From positions 97,766-145,437 of the forward strand of contig NW_014577092.1 of the NCBI RefSeq assembly GCF_000485595.1: 47,672 nt of DNA. Direction: 5' to 3'. The notes beneath the pieces are model-generated. The model ran no database searches and was not told where the DNA came from. It saw only the letters and a program-made list of their open reading frames with translations. The position numbers and the translations under genes were made by a program. Positions 12,436 to 25,084 of this stretch are shown piece after piece; the stretch's first letter is position 1; every line of letters begins with the position of its first letter. The stretch is from Priapulus caudatus (lineage: Eukaryota).

Positions 12436-13149
12436 TGTCCGAAGCATTACATTACAGTGTAGCAATAATGATGTGTACAAGTGTAACAGTGTAACACTGT
12501 GTTACAGTGTAAGCAATAATGATATTCGATTCCACCGTGTTTGTAAGCAAAGTCACTTATATAATGCCTTGTATGCATATGTAGAACTTTACATTTGAAA
12601 GTGGTCCTAACACGAATAGTATATCGTCGGTATGCTGGTTCCATGCGAGTGAAAATAGGATAGTTACAAAGCACTATCGCAAATTTATATCTAGGCTGAT
12701 TTTGATGTCGACATAAATAAAGTGTGCACAGTATAAGCGTGTGAAATAGAATTTAAACCGGGCTATAGTGCATGCATCTATGATATACATCGTGATACGA
12801 GAAACTAGGCTACCTGTATCATGTGATGTGCGTACGTGTCATTCTAGACGATGTTTTATTTCACAGTGCAAGAGATAGATATATATTCGTTAGTACTATT
12901 ACTCACGACGCCGATTAACTTTGTGTTTTAGCAAGCGCAACGTTACGAAGCCGAAAACTGTTTGTTTATATGTAGTATGATAGTACATACTACATAGTCG
13001 CCTTGCGAGCATCTTGTCTTTATGATAGTCTGGAATCTACGTGCTAGAGTTCACGAACCGACCGTGTGTATGTGTGTCTGTGTGTATAATATGTACTTGT
13101 GCGTGCGTGTTTGTATGTTCACTCGTTATTTCTGTTCTGTTGCACGCAG

Positions 13150-13178
13150 AGCCACGCAGATGGAGGTGTATGTGGAAG
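13150..13178 (+). other. Candidate orphan micro-exon (possibly ATG-bearing: MEVYVE)
   Basis: Pyrimidine-rich acceptor TTATTTCTGTTCTGTTGCACGCAG| and a perfect donor GAAG|GTAAGT 29 nt later; parent gene not identified. Confidence 0.3.
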
Positions 13179-13270
13179 GTAAGTAAATTCTGGATGTGTT
13201 TTTGGTGTACATCACGGGCGTGTTGCATGTGTTGCGTGTGTATGTGTGTCTGTCTATGTGCGCGCGCGCG

Positions 13271-13318
<48 letters not shown>

Positions 13319-13958
13319 GTGTGTGTGTGTGGTTTGTGTGTTGTTGGTGTGTGTGTGTGTGTGCGTGCGTGTGCGTATGTGCATGTGTGTCTGTGTGAAA
13401 ATGATTTAGTACGTACATAACGTTAAGGGCTATAGGACTAAGTTTAGGGCTAATCATCGTTCTGCTAGTGTTGACGTGCTACCTGACGTATGTCTAATTG
13501 CTATTGTCTGCGTTGGACACGCTTAGCCTGTCGTGTTTGTGTGCCCAGTTTCTCTTACTAGAGCATATGATAAGCGTAGCAATTATAGTTTGTGGATTCC
13601 GATTCGCCCCTATCCGTGCGTGAGAGAATACTGCTGGATACCCTCACACACACACACACGCACGCACGCACGCGCGCACGCGCACGCACACGCACACGCA
13701 CACGCATACACACACACCCCACACACACACATATATATATTCCCCCATATAGTCGGCCAATAGACATTGTGGATGAGTGACTAGTGCATACTAGTGCTAG
13801 CGTTGGATGTGACGCATTCATGTGATGTTCCCATCAGCGGGACTCGGTGTTTAGCAACCCGAATTGTGGTGATTAGCTAAGCTTGGCTAGCCGTCTATGC
13901 CCGCCTTGTATCGTCAGGTGTGTCATTACCGGAGTGGCGTTGAATAACGTTTACCCCA

Positions 13959-14356
13959 CAGGCACTTGGAGCGTTTCAATAAAATATAATGCTAAATAAC
14001 TACGAAATCTATTTACTACCAAAGTCTTAATATTTCTATACTCTCTTTCACCTATTATTGCCGACAATTGCGACATTTGCGTCCAAATGCTCATCTACAA
14101 CAACGCTGGCTGTCGCCATTGCTCCCGCCATTGCTGCCGCTGCACACTGACACATAACTATATATTTATGTGTCAGTGTGCAGCGGCAGCAATGGCGGCA
14201 GCCAGTTTTTGTTGTAGATGAGCATTTGGACGGTATTTACAGGAAATTGTCGGCAATAATAGGTGAAAGAGAGTATAGAAACATTAAGACTTTGATAGTA
14301 AATAGATTTCGTATTTATTTAGCATTATATTTTTATTGAAACGCTCTAAGTGCCTG
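13959..14356. mobile_element. Foldback MITE, about 400 bp, almost entirely palindromic
   Basis: CAGGCACTTGGAGCGTTTCAATAAAATATAATGCTAAATA... / ...TATTTAGCATTATATTTTTATTGAAACGCTCTAAGTGCCTG. The arms meet at GCACACTGACACATAA-CTATATAT-TTATGTGTCAGTGTGC. No TSD seen. Confidence 0.9.
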
Positions 14357-15941
14357 CGGTTTACCCGGGTGCGTTCGTGTACCTGATTCGGCTGGCAACG
14401 ACACAGCAGCTGTGTGCTTTGCAGCCGCGGTTGGGTGCGTGAAAAACGTATGCGTATGTGAAATGCGTATGTGAGGAGCGGTGGCAGTTTGTGTATGCGT
14501 GCGTAATCAAAAGATAACAAGAGTGCCAAACGCATGCTTTTAACAGTTTCCATCTATGGTAATTGGATGTGCTAGCCTTACCCCCTCGCTATGACAGACC
14601 TTAGTATGTAAGGTATTACTATAGAGGTGTGTGTTTAGTGACAGTCTTGGCATGTGCTGCGTGGTGCAGTAAATTGATCGATTTTCAAGTCCCACTTGTG
14701 TTTCGTTGCGATGCGACTATAGTTCCTGATGCAGTTTCCTGATGCAGTATCAGTTTAATAGGTGACCTGGGAAATACCAGTCTTCCTAATCACGCTAACG
14801 TGAGACATCACGTAAAAATTTGAATATATATGTCCGCTCATGCGGTTGGCACGGAGAAACACCACGTGGCACGTAGTGCCAAGACGCTGTATGGACTATG
14901 GAGTGGTTCCTAGAGGCGCCGTCGCATTTACATTGCGTTGTTATCAACGATTGACGGAGTCAATCTAATCGCAGTATAGCTTTAATCGTGTTGGATAGAG
15001 ATAGGGAGATGAGGTTGTAATGGCAATGTGTCCCGTAAAAGTGTCCTCGCGAGTGATGCATGCTGATCATGTGAGTTGAGCTATAAAGCCTCAGTCTTCA
15101 TCGGATCGCACCGAGGATGTGTCGACGAAGTTTTTTTTTCATACGGTGGACGTTCTGCTATCGGATATATAGTGGTTGGTATAGTTGTGTAAGACGTACA
15201 TGATGTTGAGAATGAGGTGTCTATATCATGTAATCCTCATTGTATAATAGTACTGGAAATTGTAGGCAGTATTAACAGTTAGTTGCGCGGCAATTCCCTG
15301 ATAGACATGTGCGCGTTTATACAGAACAGAGATTCCACTAGCGTGCACATTATTACCATGTCAAAGGATCGGCAAATTATCAGCAGGAAGTATGTCGTGC
15401 AGTTCTCGGTAAGCACACACATACATAGAGACTGTACACACGCACAATGCTATATTAGTTATATCCGGGGGCTGGCGTTTGCTGGGTGACATTGCACGGT
15501 AATGTCGCACGGTATTGTGGCAGAGCCAGCTGCTCCCGTCCACGCCGGAATTATAGCGTGCTATGTACGAGGCGTTGTGTTGCCTTGGCTCGCTAGTCCA
15601 TCCTGCTCGCACACACGCGCAGACACAGGTGCAAGAGGTCTGCTGGTCGTCTGCCTGCCAGGCCCAGCTGTGCGCGCGTGTTTGTTTGCGTGCGTGCGTG
15701 CGTGCGTGCGTGTGTGTGTCGGCGAGGCTATGCCGGTACGTGCAGCAGTCAGTGGTGGTGTTATGAGTGCAAAGTGCTGCGGGCACTTCGAGCTACGCTT
15801 CACGCTAACGTCATATACAGTAGCAGCAGCTGTTAGGTAGGTGTCAGTACGGTGGTACAAGTCTCTTCGATAAGTATGAGAGCGCCCGAGCGAACGAAAG
15901 GTTTGGTTGCCCGCGCACCAAAAGGTCAGCTTGTTTTGCTA

Positions 15942-16201
15942 GCATCTATGACAAATACGACATACGCATATATACGCTCTCCTATGACACTATTTGTCAT
16001 AGAAAGATTCTTCCTATGACAAATATTGTTGTATGTGTTGTGCGCATCATAGGAGTTTAGGAGCGCTATTATGAACGCAAGCAGTGAATTTCAGCTTTAA
16101 AGCGGAACGAAGTTAACTCGCCAATATTTGTCATAGGAAGAATCTTCCTATGACAAATAGTGTCATAGGAGAGCGTATATATGCGTATACGACATAGATG
16201 C
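15942..16201. mobile_element. MITE-like element with long TIRs built from CTATGAC/GTCATAG motifs
   Basis: TACGCATATATACGCTCTCCTATGACACTATTTGTCATAG(A/G)AAGATTCTTCCTATGACAAATATTG is mirrored at about 16122-16188; outer ends GCATCTATG / CATAGATGC. Confidence 0.85.
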
Positions 16202-16326
16202 CATAGATGCAAGCAGAACATGTTGAAAATGTGAACGCGCGTATAGGTGCATGCATGCTAGCGTGCGTGTGTACGTGCCTGTCATGATACTTTTTAGTAA
16301 AATTTGCTGACACGCAGCCATCATCC

Positions 16327-16379
16327 AGCTCCTGCTACTGCTGCTGCTACTGCTACTACTGCTGCTGCTGCTGCTGTTG

Positions 16380-16423
<44 letters not shown>

Positions 16424-16478
16424 CCTGCTGCTGCTACTGTTGTTGTTGTTCCTGCTGCTGCTGCTGCTGCTGTTCTTC
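16327..16478. repeat. (GCT/GTT/ACT)n trinucleotide tract; a second tract lies at 26165-26415
   Basis: Read directly; gives spurious poly-Ala/poly-Gln ORFs with no splice or context support. Confidence 0.9.
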
Positions 16479-16524
16479 TTCGTTTTCCTCTTTTAGTACA
16501 GGCGGTTAGGTCAGGATACCATCG

Positions 16525-19049
16525 AAATCGTTCAAAATGTGAAAAAAGTGTGAAAATTGGTACACTTGCATACTTATGTATGTTCTTTCATTTAAAGACA
16601 GGACATACGCGATCCAACTACAACTTCGGCCGCCATATTGAATTCAAAATGGCCGCCGTCATTTCTTAAAAAATAGCTATATCTCGGTTAATAATCTTCG
16701 TACAGACTTGAAAATTGACTGACAGACGTAATTTGGCTTACTATTTCATACAACAACGTGATGCATGTGATCCATGGGCATTTTCGGCCACCATCTTGGA
16801 TTCAACATGGCCGCCATAAAAATTACAAACTTAGCAATATTTCCGTTCACGGAAGATATAGAGACGTGAAAATTTGCAGACTGGCGCAGGTTAATAAGCT
16901 CTTTCATATTAAAACAAGACACACAAGTTCCAATTATAATTACAGCGGCCATATAGAATTCAACATGGCCGCCATCACATTTTACTCTGTACTTCAAAAT
17001 GATCAATGACATAGTATAACAGATATAAACAAACATGGCGAAAATGTTGAATTACCGGTTTTTCTCAGTATATAACAAACACAATGCCAAACTGGCAATC
17101 CCCAGTGTGAGAGAGAGATAATTCAAGACAACAAGTTGTAGTATACAGTACACAAGAACATGCATGGCAAGCCAAATAATACTATTGTTCAAGTTAAACA
17201 AATGTCTCGAGACTGCATTGTCCGCAAGTTGTTGCAGATTGTCACTCAGTGCGGTAACATGTACCTGCACAAGCACAAATATAGTACTTGTATGTACAGT
17301 ATAGTATCTGTTATCAGCGTGCGTTCTCGCGGGCGTATAGGTATCTGTTATGTGCGGGCGTATAGGTATCTGTTATGTGCGTGCGTGCTCGCGCGCGTAT
17401 ATAGCTTCTGTTATGTGCGTGCGTGCTCGCGCGCGTATAGGTATCTGTTATGTGCGTGCGTGCGTGCTCGCGTAATTAGCTTCTGTTATGTGCGTGCGTG
17501 CTCGCGGGCGTATAGGTACCTGTTATGTGCGGGCGTATAGGTATCTGTTATGTGCGTGCGTGCGTGCTCGCGTAATTAGCTTCTGTTATGTGCGTGCGTG
17601 CTCGCGCGCGTATAGGTATCTGTTATGTGCGTGCGTTCTCGCGGGCGTATAGGTATCTGTTATGTGCGTGCGTGCTCGCGCGCGTATATAGCTTCTGTTA
17701 TGTGCGTGCGTTCTCGCGGGCGTATAGGTATCTGTTATGTGCGTGCGTGCTCGCGCGCGTATATAGCTATCTGTTATGTGCGTGCGTTCTCGCGGGCGTA
17801 TAGGTATCTGTTATGTGCGTGCGTGCTCGCGCGCGTATATAGCTATCTGTTATGTGCGTGCGTTCTCGCGGGCGTATAGGTACCTGTTATNNNNNNNNNN
17901 TACTTCAAAATGATCAATGACATAGTATAACAGATATAAACAAACATGGTGAAAATGTTGAATTACCGGTTTTTCTCAGTATATCATAACAAACACAATG
18001 CCAAACTGGCAATCCCCAGTGTGAGAGAGAGATAATTCAAGACAACAAGTTGTAGTATACAGTACACAAGAACATGCATGGCAAGCTAAATAATACTATT
18101 GTTTAAGTTAAACAAATGTCTCGAGACTGCATTGTCCACAAGTTGTCGCAGATTGTCACTCAGTGCGGTAACATGTACCTGCACAAACACAAATATAGTA
18201 CTTGTATGTACAGTATAGTATCTGTTATGTGCGTGCGTTCTCGCGGGCGTATAGGTATCTGTTATGTGCGTGCGTGCTCGCGCGCGTATATAGCTTCTGT
18301 TATGTGCGTGCGTTCTCGCGGGCGTATAGGTATCTGTTATGTGCGTGCGTGCTCGCGCGCGTATATAGCTATCTGTTAAACAATAGTATTATTTAGCTTG
18401 CCATGCATGTTCTTGTGTACTGTATACTACAACTTGTTGTCTTGAATTATCTCTTTCTCACACTGGGGATTGCCAGTTTGGCATTGTTTTTGTTATGATA
18501 TACTGAGAAAAACCGGTAATTCAACATTTTCACCATGTTTGTTTATATCTGTTATACTATGTCATTGATCATTTTGAAGTACAAAGTAAAATGGGATGGC
18601 GGCCATGTTGAATTCAATATGGCTGCTGTAATTATAATTGGAACTTGTGTGTCTTGTTTTAATATGAAAGAGCTTATTAACCTGCGCCAGTCTGCAAATT
18701 TTCTCGTCTCTATATCTTCCGTGAACGGAAATATTGCTAAGTTTGTAATTTTTATGGCGGCCATTTTGAATCTAAGATGGTGGCCGAAAACGCCCTTAGA
18801 TCACATATGCATCACGTTGTTGTATGAAATAATAACCCAAATTACGTCTGTCAGTCAATCTTCAAGTCTGTACGAAGATTATTAACTGAGATATAGCTAT
18901 TTTTTAAGAAATAACGGCGGCCATTTTTGAATTCAAGATGGCGGCCGAAGTTGTAGTTGGATCGCGTGTGTCCTGTCTTTAAATGAAAAAGCATACAAAA
19001 GTATGCAAGTGTACCAATTTTCATACTTTTTTCACATATTGAACGATTT
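16525..19049. mobile_element. Large foldback element with about 670-bp inverted arms and a central minisatellite
   Basis: The left arm 16525-17192 (AAATCGTTCAAAATGTGAAAAAAGTG...) is the reverse complement of the right arm 18376-19049 (...TTTTCACATATTGAACGATTT) with scattered substitutions. The arms are rich in ATGGCGGCC/GGCCGCCAT motifs. No TSD or transposase seen. Confidence 0.9.
17305..17890. repeat. About 35-37-bp minisatellite TCTGTTATGTGCGTGCGT(G/T)CTCGCG(C/G)GCGTATAGGTA inside the foldback element (also 18220-18376)
   Basis: Read directly; alternating unit variants. Confidence 0.9.
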
Positions 19050-20065
19050 TTTTTATTCTACTGTACTACTCTTCCGAGCCGGAGGCAGCGCAGGCAGGCA
19101 TGCCCGTTGCTGACAGTTTTTCCGATTGCGTGCGGAAATGGGTGAAAGATTGAGGCTGCGTCTCTCTCCTGTGGGGGCCGCTAGTCGCACAAGACAGCAA
19201 TGGACATAATCAACATGACAGCCATGTTGCCTCGCCAGACGCGAGAACACACGCGCGCACGCACGCACCAACGCACGCACACACGCACGCACGCATGCAC
19301 GCGCGCGCCTGCTGTTTTTCACGCGACAGTACTAGTAGCGTGGTTCTTAATATCGACTTATTAAGGTCTAGGTTGTGAGAGACCATGCTCGTTGTTTTTC
19401 CCGTTTAGTGACGGTTTCATGCATATTTCTTAAGCGGTGGTTGCCATGGCAACTTCCGTCATGGCTGGGCGGCGTCATCGAAGGATGTGCGTGGCTTATC
19501 GTGATCATGAAGTTATGAAGTCACGAGTCTTTTTGAGAGTTGGACGAAATGGGGCTTATATGTCGATGCGATCATGTGACGGGTTCACCTACCAAAACAC
19601 ACACATATAATGTTATTGGGATGAAAAGACTTTATAACATTTATAATATGTCATGTCGGGCGGAGATGATATGCCGTATATATCAGGAGTGTTATAATAT
19701 AGACTAATATATGATAATATCTATATATATATAGACTATATTTATTCATATTATGACACTCAGACTGTATAATTATATCAGGAGTAAGATAATATAGGAG
19801 GAGTATGACACTCCAAAATACGTGAAATTCAACATTTGCTTGCCTAATTTTACCGATGATATATTACGTGCAACTCGATAAAAATTACATCTAAATTAGC
19901 GTTGGACATCCACCTCTCACTCAAGCTTTACTTAGTTTCCATACCTCTTCTTTTTATGGAGATATAGCTTTGAACGTCACACATGGTTAATAGCTTTTGA
20001 CTAGGCTTGTGGCTTAGCTTTCCTCGCCTTCCTAACTGTTGTTATGCAGTGTGAGGAATGGTCTC

Positions 20066-20178
20066 TTGTCTGTTCACAAGAATGCCCCCTGTTGGCGGTT
20101 ACGGTTACACGTACTTTCAAACCCCCCATCGCACCCCGCTTGCCACCGCCAACAGGGGGCATTCTTGTGAACAGACAA
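20066..20178. repeat. Perfect 34-bp inverted repeat with a 45-bp spacer
   Basis: TTGTCTGTTCACAAGAATGCCCCCTGTTGGCGGT (20066-20099) / ACCGCCAACAGGGGGCATTCTTGTGAACAGACAA (20145-20178). Confidence 0.95.
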
Positions 20179-20183
20179 AAACC

Positions 20184-20231
20184 GCAGCGATGGCTCAATG
20201 GTAGAGTGCTCGCCTCGCATGCGGAAGGTCA
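20184..20231 (+). tRNA. 5' two-thirds of a tRNA-Ala(CGC)-like sequence, cut by an assembly gap; most likely a tRNA-derived SINE head or pseudo-tRNA
   Basis: GCAGCGA-TG-GCTC-AATGGTA-GAGT-G-CTCGC-CTCGCAT-GCGGA-AGGTC: A box TGGCTCAATGG, D-arm, anticodon loop with CGC, variable loop AGGTC. The anticodon stem has a mismatch, and the T-arm/B box would fall in the gap at 20232-20922. Confidence 0.55.
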
Positions 20232-20922
20232 NNNNNNNNNNNNNNNNNNNNNNNNNNNNNNNNNNNNNNNNNNNNNNNNNNNNNNNNNNNNNNNNNNNNN
20301 NNNNNNNNNNNNNNNNNNNNNNNNNNNNNNNNNNNNNNNNNNNNNNNNNNNNNNNNNNNNNNNNNNNNNNNNNNNNNNNNNNNNNNNNNNNNNNNNNNNN
20401 NNNNNNNNNNNNNNNNNNNNNNNNNNNNNNNNNNNNNNNNNNNNNNNNNNNNNNNNNNNNNNNNNNNNNNNNNNNNNNNNNNNNNNNNNNNNNNNNNNNN
20501 NNNNNNNNNNNNNNNNNNNNNNNNNNNNNNNNNNNNNNNNNNNNNNNNNNNNNNNNNNNNNNNNNNNNNNNNNNNNNNNNNNNNNNNNNNNNNNNNNNNN
20601 NNNNNNNNNNNNNNNNNNNNNNNNNNNNNNNNNNNNNNNNNNNNNNNNNNNNNNNNNNNNNNNNNNNNNNNNNNNNNNNNNNNNNNNNNNNNNNNNNNNN
20701 NNNNNNNNNNNNNNNNNNNNNNNNNNNNNNNNNNNNNNNNNNNNNNNNNNNNNNNNNNNNNNNNNNNNNNNNNNNNNNNNNNNNNNNNNNNNNNNNNNNN
20801 NNNNNNNNNNNNNNNNNNNNNNNNNNNNNNNNNNNNNNNNNNNNNNNNNNNNNNNNNNNNNNNNNNNNNNNNNNNNNNNNNNNNNNNNNNNNNNNNNNNN
20901 NNNNNNNNNNNNNNNNNNNNNN

Positions 20923-20986
<64 letters not shown>

Positions 20987-21315
20987 GCGCGCGCGCGCGC
21001 GTGCGCACCGTTGTCGCACAAACGCGCATTCGCTATGCAGGAAAGTATTTTCTTCAGCTGAATATTTCGGTCGCGTATACTAACTTTCTGGGAGCCTCTC
21101 CCCGACTCGTTTCAATGCTCTGCTACGTCGTGACCATCTTGCTGGCACATACTATACTCGGGTTTACGTTATTGCTCGGCGTATCTATCGATAGCATCTT
21201 GCCCACGCTGAGAGGAATGCTGATTTGCATCGCACCCATGCATACTTCATCGCGTTTCGTATATATGCGCGGAGTTTTACATTACGCCTCGTTTGTGCGT
21301 GCGTGCGTGCGAACG

Positions 21316-21363
<48 letters not shown>

Positions 21364-21515
21364 AACGTGCGTGCGTGCGTGCGTACATGCGTGCGTGCGT
21401 GCGTGCCTGCGTGCTTGCGTGCGTGCGTGCGTGCGAACGTGCGTGCGTGCGTGCGTGCCTGCGTGCTTGCGTGCTTGCGTGCTTGCGTGCGTGCGAACGT
21501 GCGTGCGTGCGAACG

Positions 21516-21555
<40 letters not shown>

Positions 21556-22108
21556 AACGTGAGTGCGTGCGTGCTTGCGTGCGTGCGTGCGTGGATGTCG
21601 ATGCATCGTCTACTCGGCGTGGTGCACGCATGCATGCACCAGTCAAGGGGATTATCCTCCTGTAGATCTATTATATATGCTTCCGTCGGATGTTGCGCAA
21701 GCATCTTCTTGTATCCGCATATGTCGCCCAACATTAGCTTTCTTTTCGGGTGTTTATGTCCAACCACGTCATTCCAGGTTTATGGGGTGAGGAGGTGGAA
21801 GTCTGTGTGCGAGTTATTGCGCATCAGGGCAGTTATATGTAGCAAGCGTCGACTATTTCTATGCAATTCATTCGCTGCATTTGCAATTTTTCCTAATGCA
21901 TCCGTTCATATTGACTGGACTAGGAGGATGCTGCGCCTCCAGAAGTATTCGTGTGTGCAGTCGGCGCAAATATTTAACAGGTTTCAGAGCAGCTATTTTC
22001 CATGTATTGATAGATAATGTTTGTATAATATATGTAAATGGCAGAATTAAAATATGTAATGACCTTCAAGTGTGCGCACGTGCGTGTCTGCATGTGTGCA
22101 GATATCAG

Positions 22109-22539
22109 AGGCGTGTTCAGGAGAGCGAGCGCTCGATGCGAACGCTCGATGAACGAACGCAGCGCCTCCTGAACGACACACGAGCGCTCGCTGTGCGGTC
22201 GCTGTGCGCTCGCTTGATCAAAGATGGCGGCCCCCATGGAGGGTTACTCAGCAGATTTTAATCGCGAGAGAACAAGTACTGTTAAACGAATTAGCAGACG
22301 AAATTGATACAAATTGAATTTAGAAGGAAATGAATGAATGAAAAGTGAAATAAAGTTGAAATAGATTGCAAATTGACGTCAGAAATGTTAGATTCGCATT
22401 CGCCAGATTTTTCGTCGCCATCTTGTAAACAACTCGCGCGCTGAGCGAACAGCTTTTCAAACTTGCGCGCAAACGCTCGCGAGCGCTCGCTCGCGCAGTG
22501 TCGTTCAGAAGGCGAGCGTTCGGTCTCCTGAACACGCCT
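22109..22539. mobile_element. PIF/Harbinger-like MITE (431 bp)
   Basis: Perfect 16-bp TIR AGGCGTGTTCAGGAGA / TCTCCTGAACACGCCT; 3-bp TSD CAG at 22106-22108 and 22540-22542; subterminal CTGAACGACAC / GTGTCGTTCAG. Confidence 0.8.
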
Positions 22540-22694
22540 CAGGCAGATATGTATAGAAAGGCGGGGAAGCGGCTCTTGTAGAACGTACATGGCTAGTGCA
22601 TCTGCACTACATGGCTAGGGTTATAAATGTGGTAAACGCACCTTCCATGCCCGACTGGGCATTATAATAAATCTATAATCCTAATATATGCTAA

Positions 22695-22908
<214 letters not shown>

Positions 22909-23573
22909 GATAGTCGTGAGTGCAACCACACTGGTAACGCGCACTCTTATACGCCTGCATCGACATGGTGATAAATGTTTGCTTCTGCGTGACTGCATGC
23001 CGACTGCAGGCCGGGGCTGAAAGCCCTTCAAGAAATACAATTAGGCGAAAAAATATGCGCGTAGCGTAATAGTGTGTATATGTGTGCGTGCATGTGTGCG
23101 TGTGTGCGTGTGTGTGGCGTGTGGAGTAGATCGATAATATACTGAGCGCTATTTGCTTTCGCACGCGGGATCATGTCGGTCTCCGGCGCATTTGAACGGC
23201 GACAATTTAAATGCGGCGAGTTTAAAGTTTAGGTATTGCGCTCTATTACTTAGTACTCTTATTCTTAGTACTTAGTAACTTAGTACTCTCTGTTCTCGTC
23301 TTTCTCTTCTCGCTCTTCTCTCTCTCTCTCTCTCTACTCTCTCTCTCTCTCATCTCTCGCCTCGCCTCGCTCACTCTCCATCCGCTTGCCTCTTGGGTCT
23401 CTCTCTCCATCGCTCGCTCTTGGTCTCTTTCTCCCTCTCTCTCTCTCTTGCTCTCTCTCTCTCTCTCTCTCCTCTTCCTCTACTCTCGCTCTCGCTTCGC
23501 TCTCTCTCTCGCGTCTCATCTCTCGCTCTCGCTCTCTCTCTCTCTCTCTCTTTCTTCCTCTCTCTCTCTCTTG

Positions 23574-23635
<62 letters not shown>

Positions 23636-23716
23636 CTGCCTGCCTGCCTGCCTGCCTGTCTGTCTGTCTGTCTGCCTGCCTGCCTGCCTGCCTGTCTGTC
23701 TGTTCGTCTGCTTGTT

Positions 23717-23753
<37 letters not shown>

Positions 23754-25084
23754 CAGTGCGTGCGTATGTGTGCGTGTGCTTTGGTGCGTGTGTATAATAT
23801 AGTATAATAGATGTTGTGCGATAGATGACAGGCGAACTCTTTTGCAACTGGATTGCCCGTGGGGCTGTGGAGGTGTAGTGTTGATGCCATACGATCAAGG
23901 CCGTACGCAGGAAATTTTTTGTAGGGGGGCAAAGGTACTCCCCATGCCCCCTGTGCCCTATTAAAGTTTCGCAATTTCACATTTCTTTATTTAAAGTGTA
24001 ATATTTCTTTGATGATTTAAGATAACCTTTTGTCACATTTCTATTTTATTTCTAAAAGTGTACAGTATTTGATACGATACTACTACTACTTAAGTGCACG
24101 CATATTTTACTAGATGTGTTTCGGTGGGTGTCTGCCGTGTTTCGGCTTGTTAGATGTTCGTCGCTGATTTGTTAACTGCTTATACAGACGCGAGGGTATA
24201 GAGTAGGAAACGTTATGCCGCCACGCAGAGCATGTACAGTTAGAACGCTAACAGCTAGTTGAATTCGCAAAAATCCGTCAACTCTATTTCTCCTTCATCT
24301 TTTTTTTTTCTGATGTTGTCGCGCTAATAGTAAGGAAACTATCACACACCATGTTCATTCCGAAGATTGTGATTTCACGTTGGACTGACCCCATAAGACA
24401 TCGCCGAACCTCGCCGGCACAGCAACATGAACAGCTGGTGTCAGTCTAAGCGTACGCGTTGTTGATGATTACGGGCTATATTTCGACTATAATTATATGC
24501 GCGTTATTATTACTGCGATTCGGTACTGTTCGGTTCAGTTCATTATTATGCGTAAGTGCAATTGTGTAGATTACGGAAATGGCTTGGGGCTGGTGGGGGG
24601 AAACTACCGGTTTATGGCAAAGCATTTGTTCTAATGACCCACAGCAGAGTTAATGATAACTGCAAGGCCGGGGAGGGATATGTAGGTTAATGCTACGTTT
24701 GTGTTTAAACCAGACTGCACAATTAGCTAATTATTTAGGTAGAGTCTAAATACGATAAACACCTTTCCCATGCGTACTGTAACCGTGGGCTACGCCGAGC
24801 GTAGTTTATGTTATGATAATTGACATATATATAGTAGCGATCAGGTTTTTGTGAGACAGCAACTGTTTTGCTACACTTTCCTTGCCGTATACAATACATC
24901 GGCCGGTCAGGCCATTCATGAAGATGAATTTACTCCAGAACAGTAACACTCTGGGATCGCTCAACCAACTGTTCTTGCGAATATAGTTGTACTGCTGTTT
25001 TGCGCTCGCACAGTCGGAGTCGCCCATCACTGATGATCAGAAACTTCTAGCATCTGATGGCTGTTACGTTACAGTTCTGCTCAC

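Noticed and set aside
16304..16669. Poly-Ala or poly-Gln protein (also 26036-26533)
   Set aside because: Pure trinucleotide tracts running into transposon sequence, with no splice or codon context.
20044..22017. 657-aa ORF, the longest in the track
   Set aside because: It spans a 691-N gap plus (CA)n, (CG)n and (GCGT)n repeats; the unique parts show no recognisable domain.
23897..23970. hAT-type MITE end (AGGCCGTACGCAGGAAATTTTTT...GGGGG)
   Set aside because: No matching second terminus or TSD was found.
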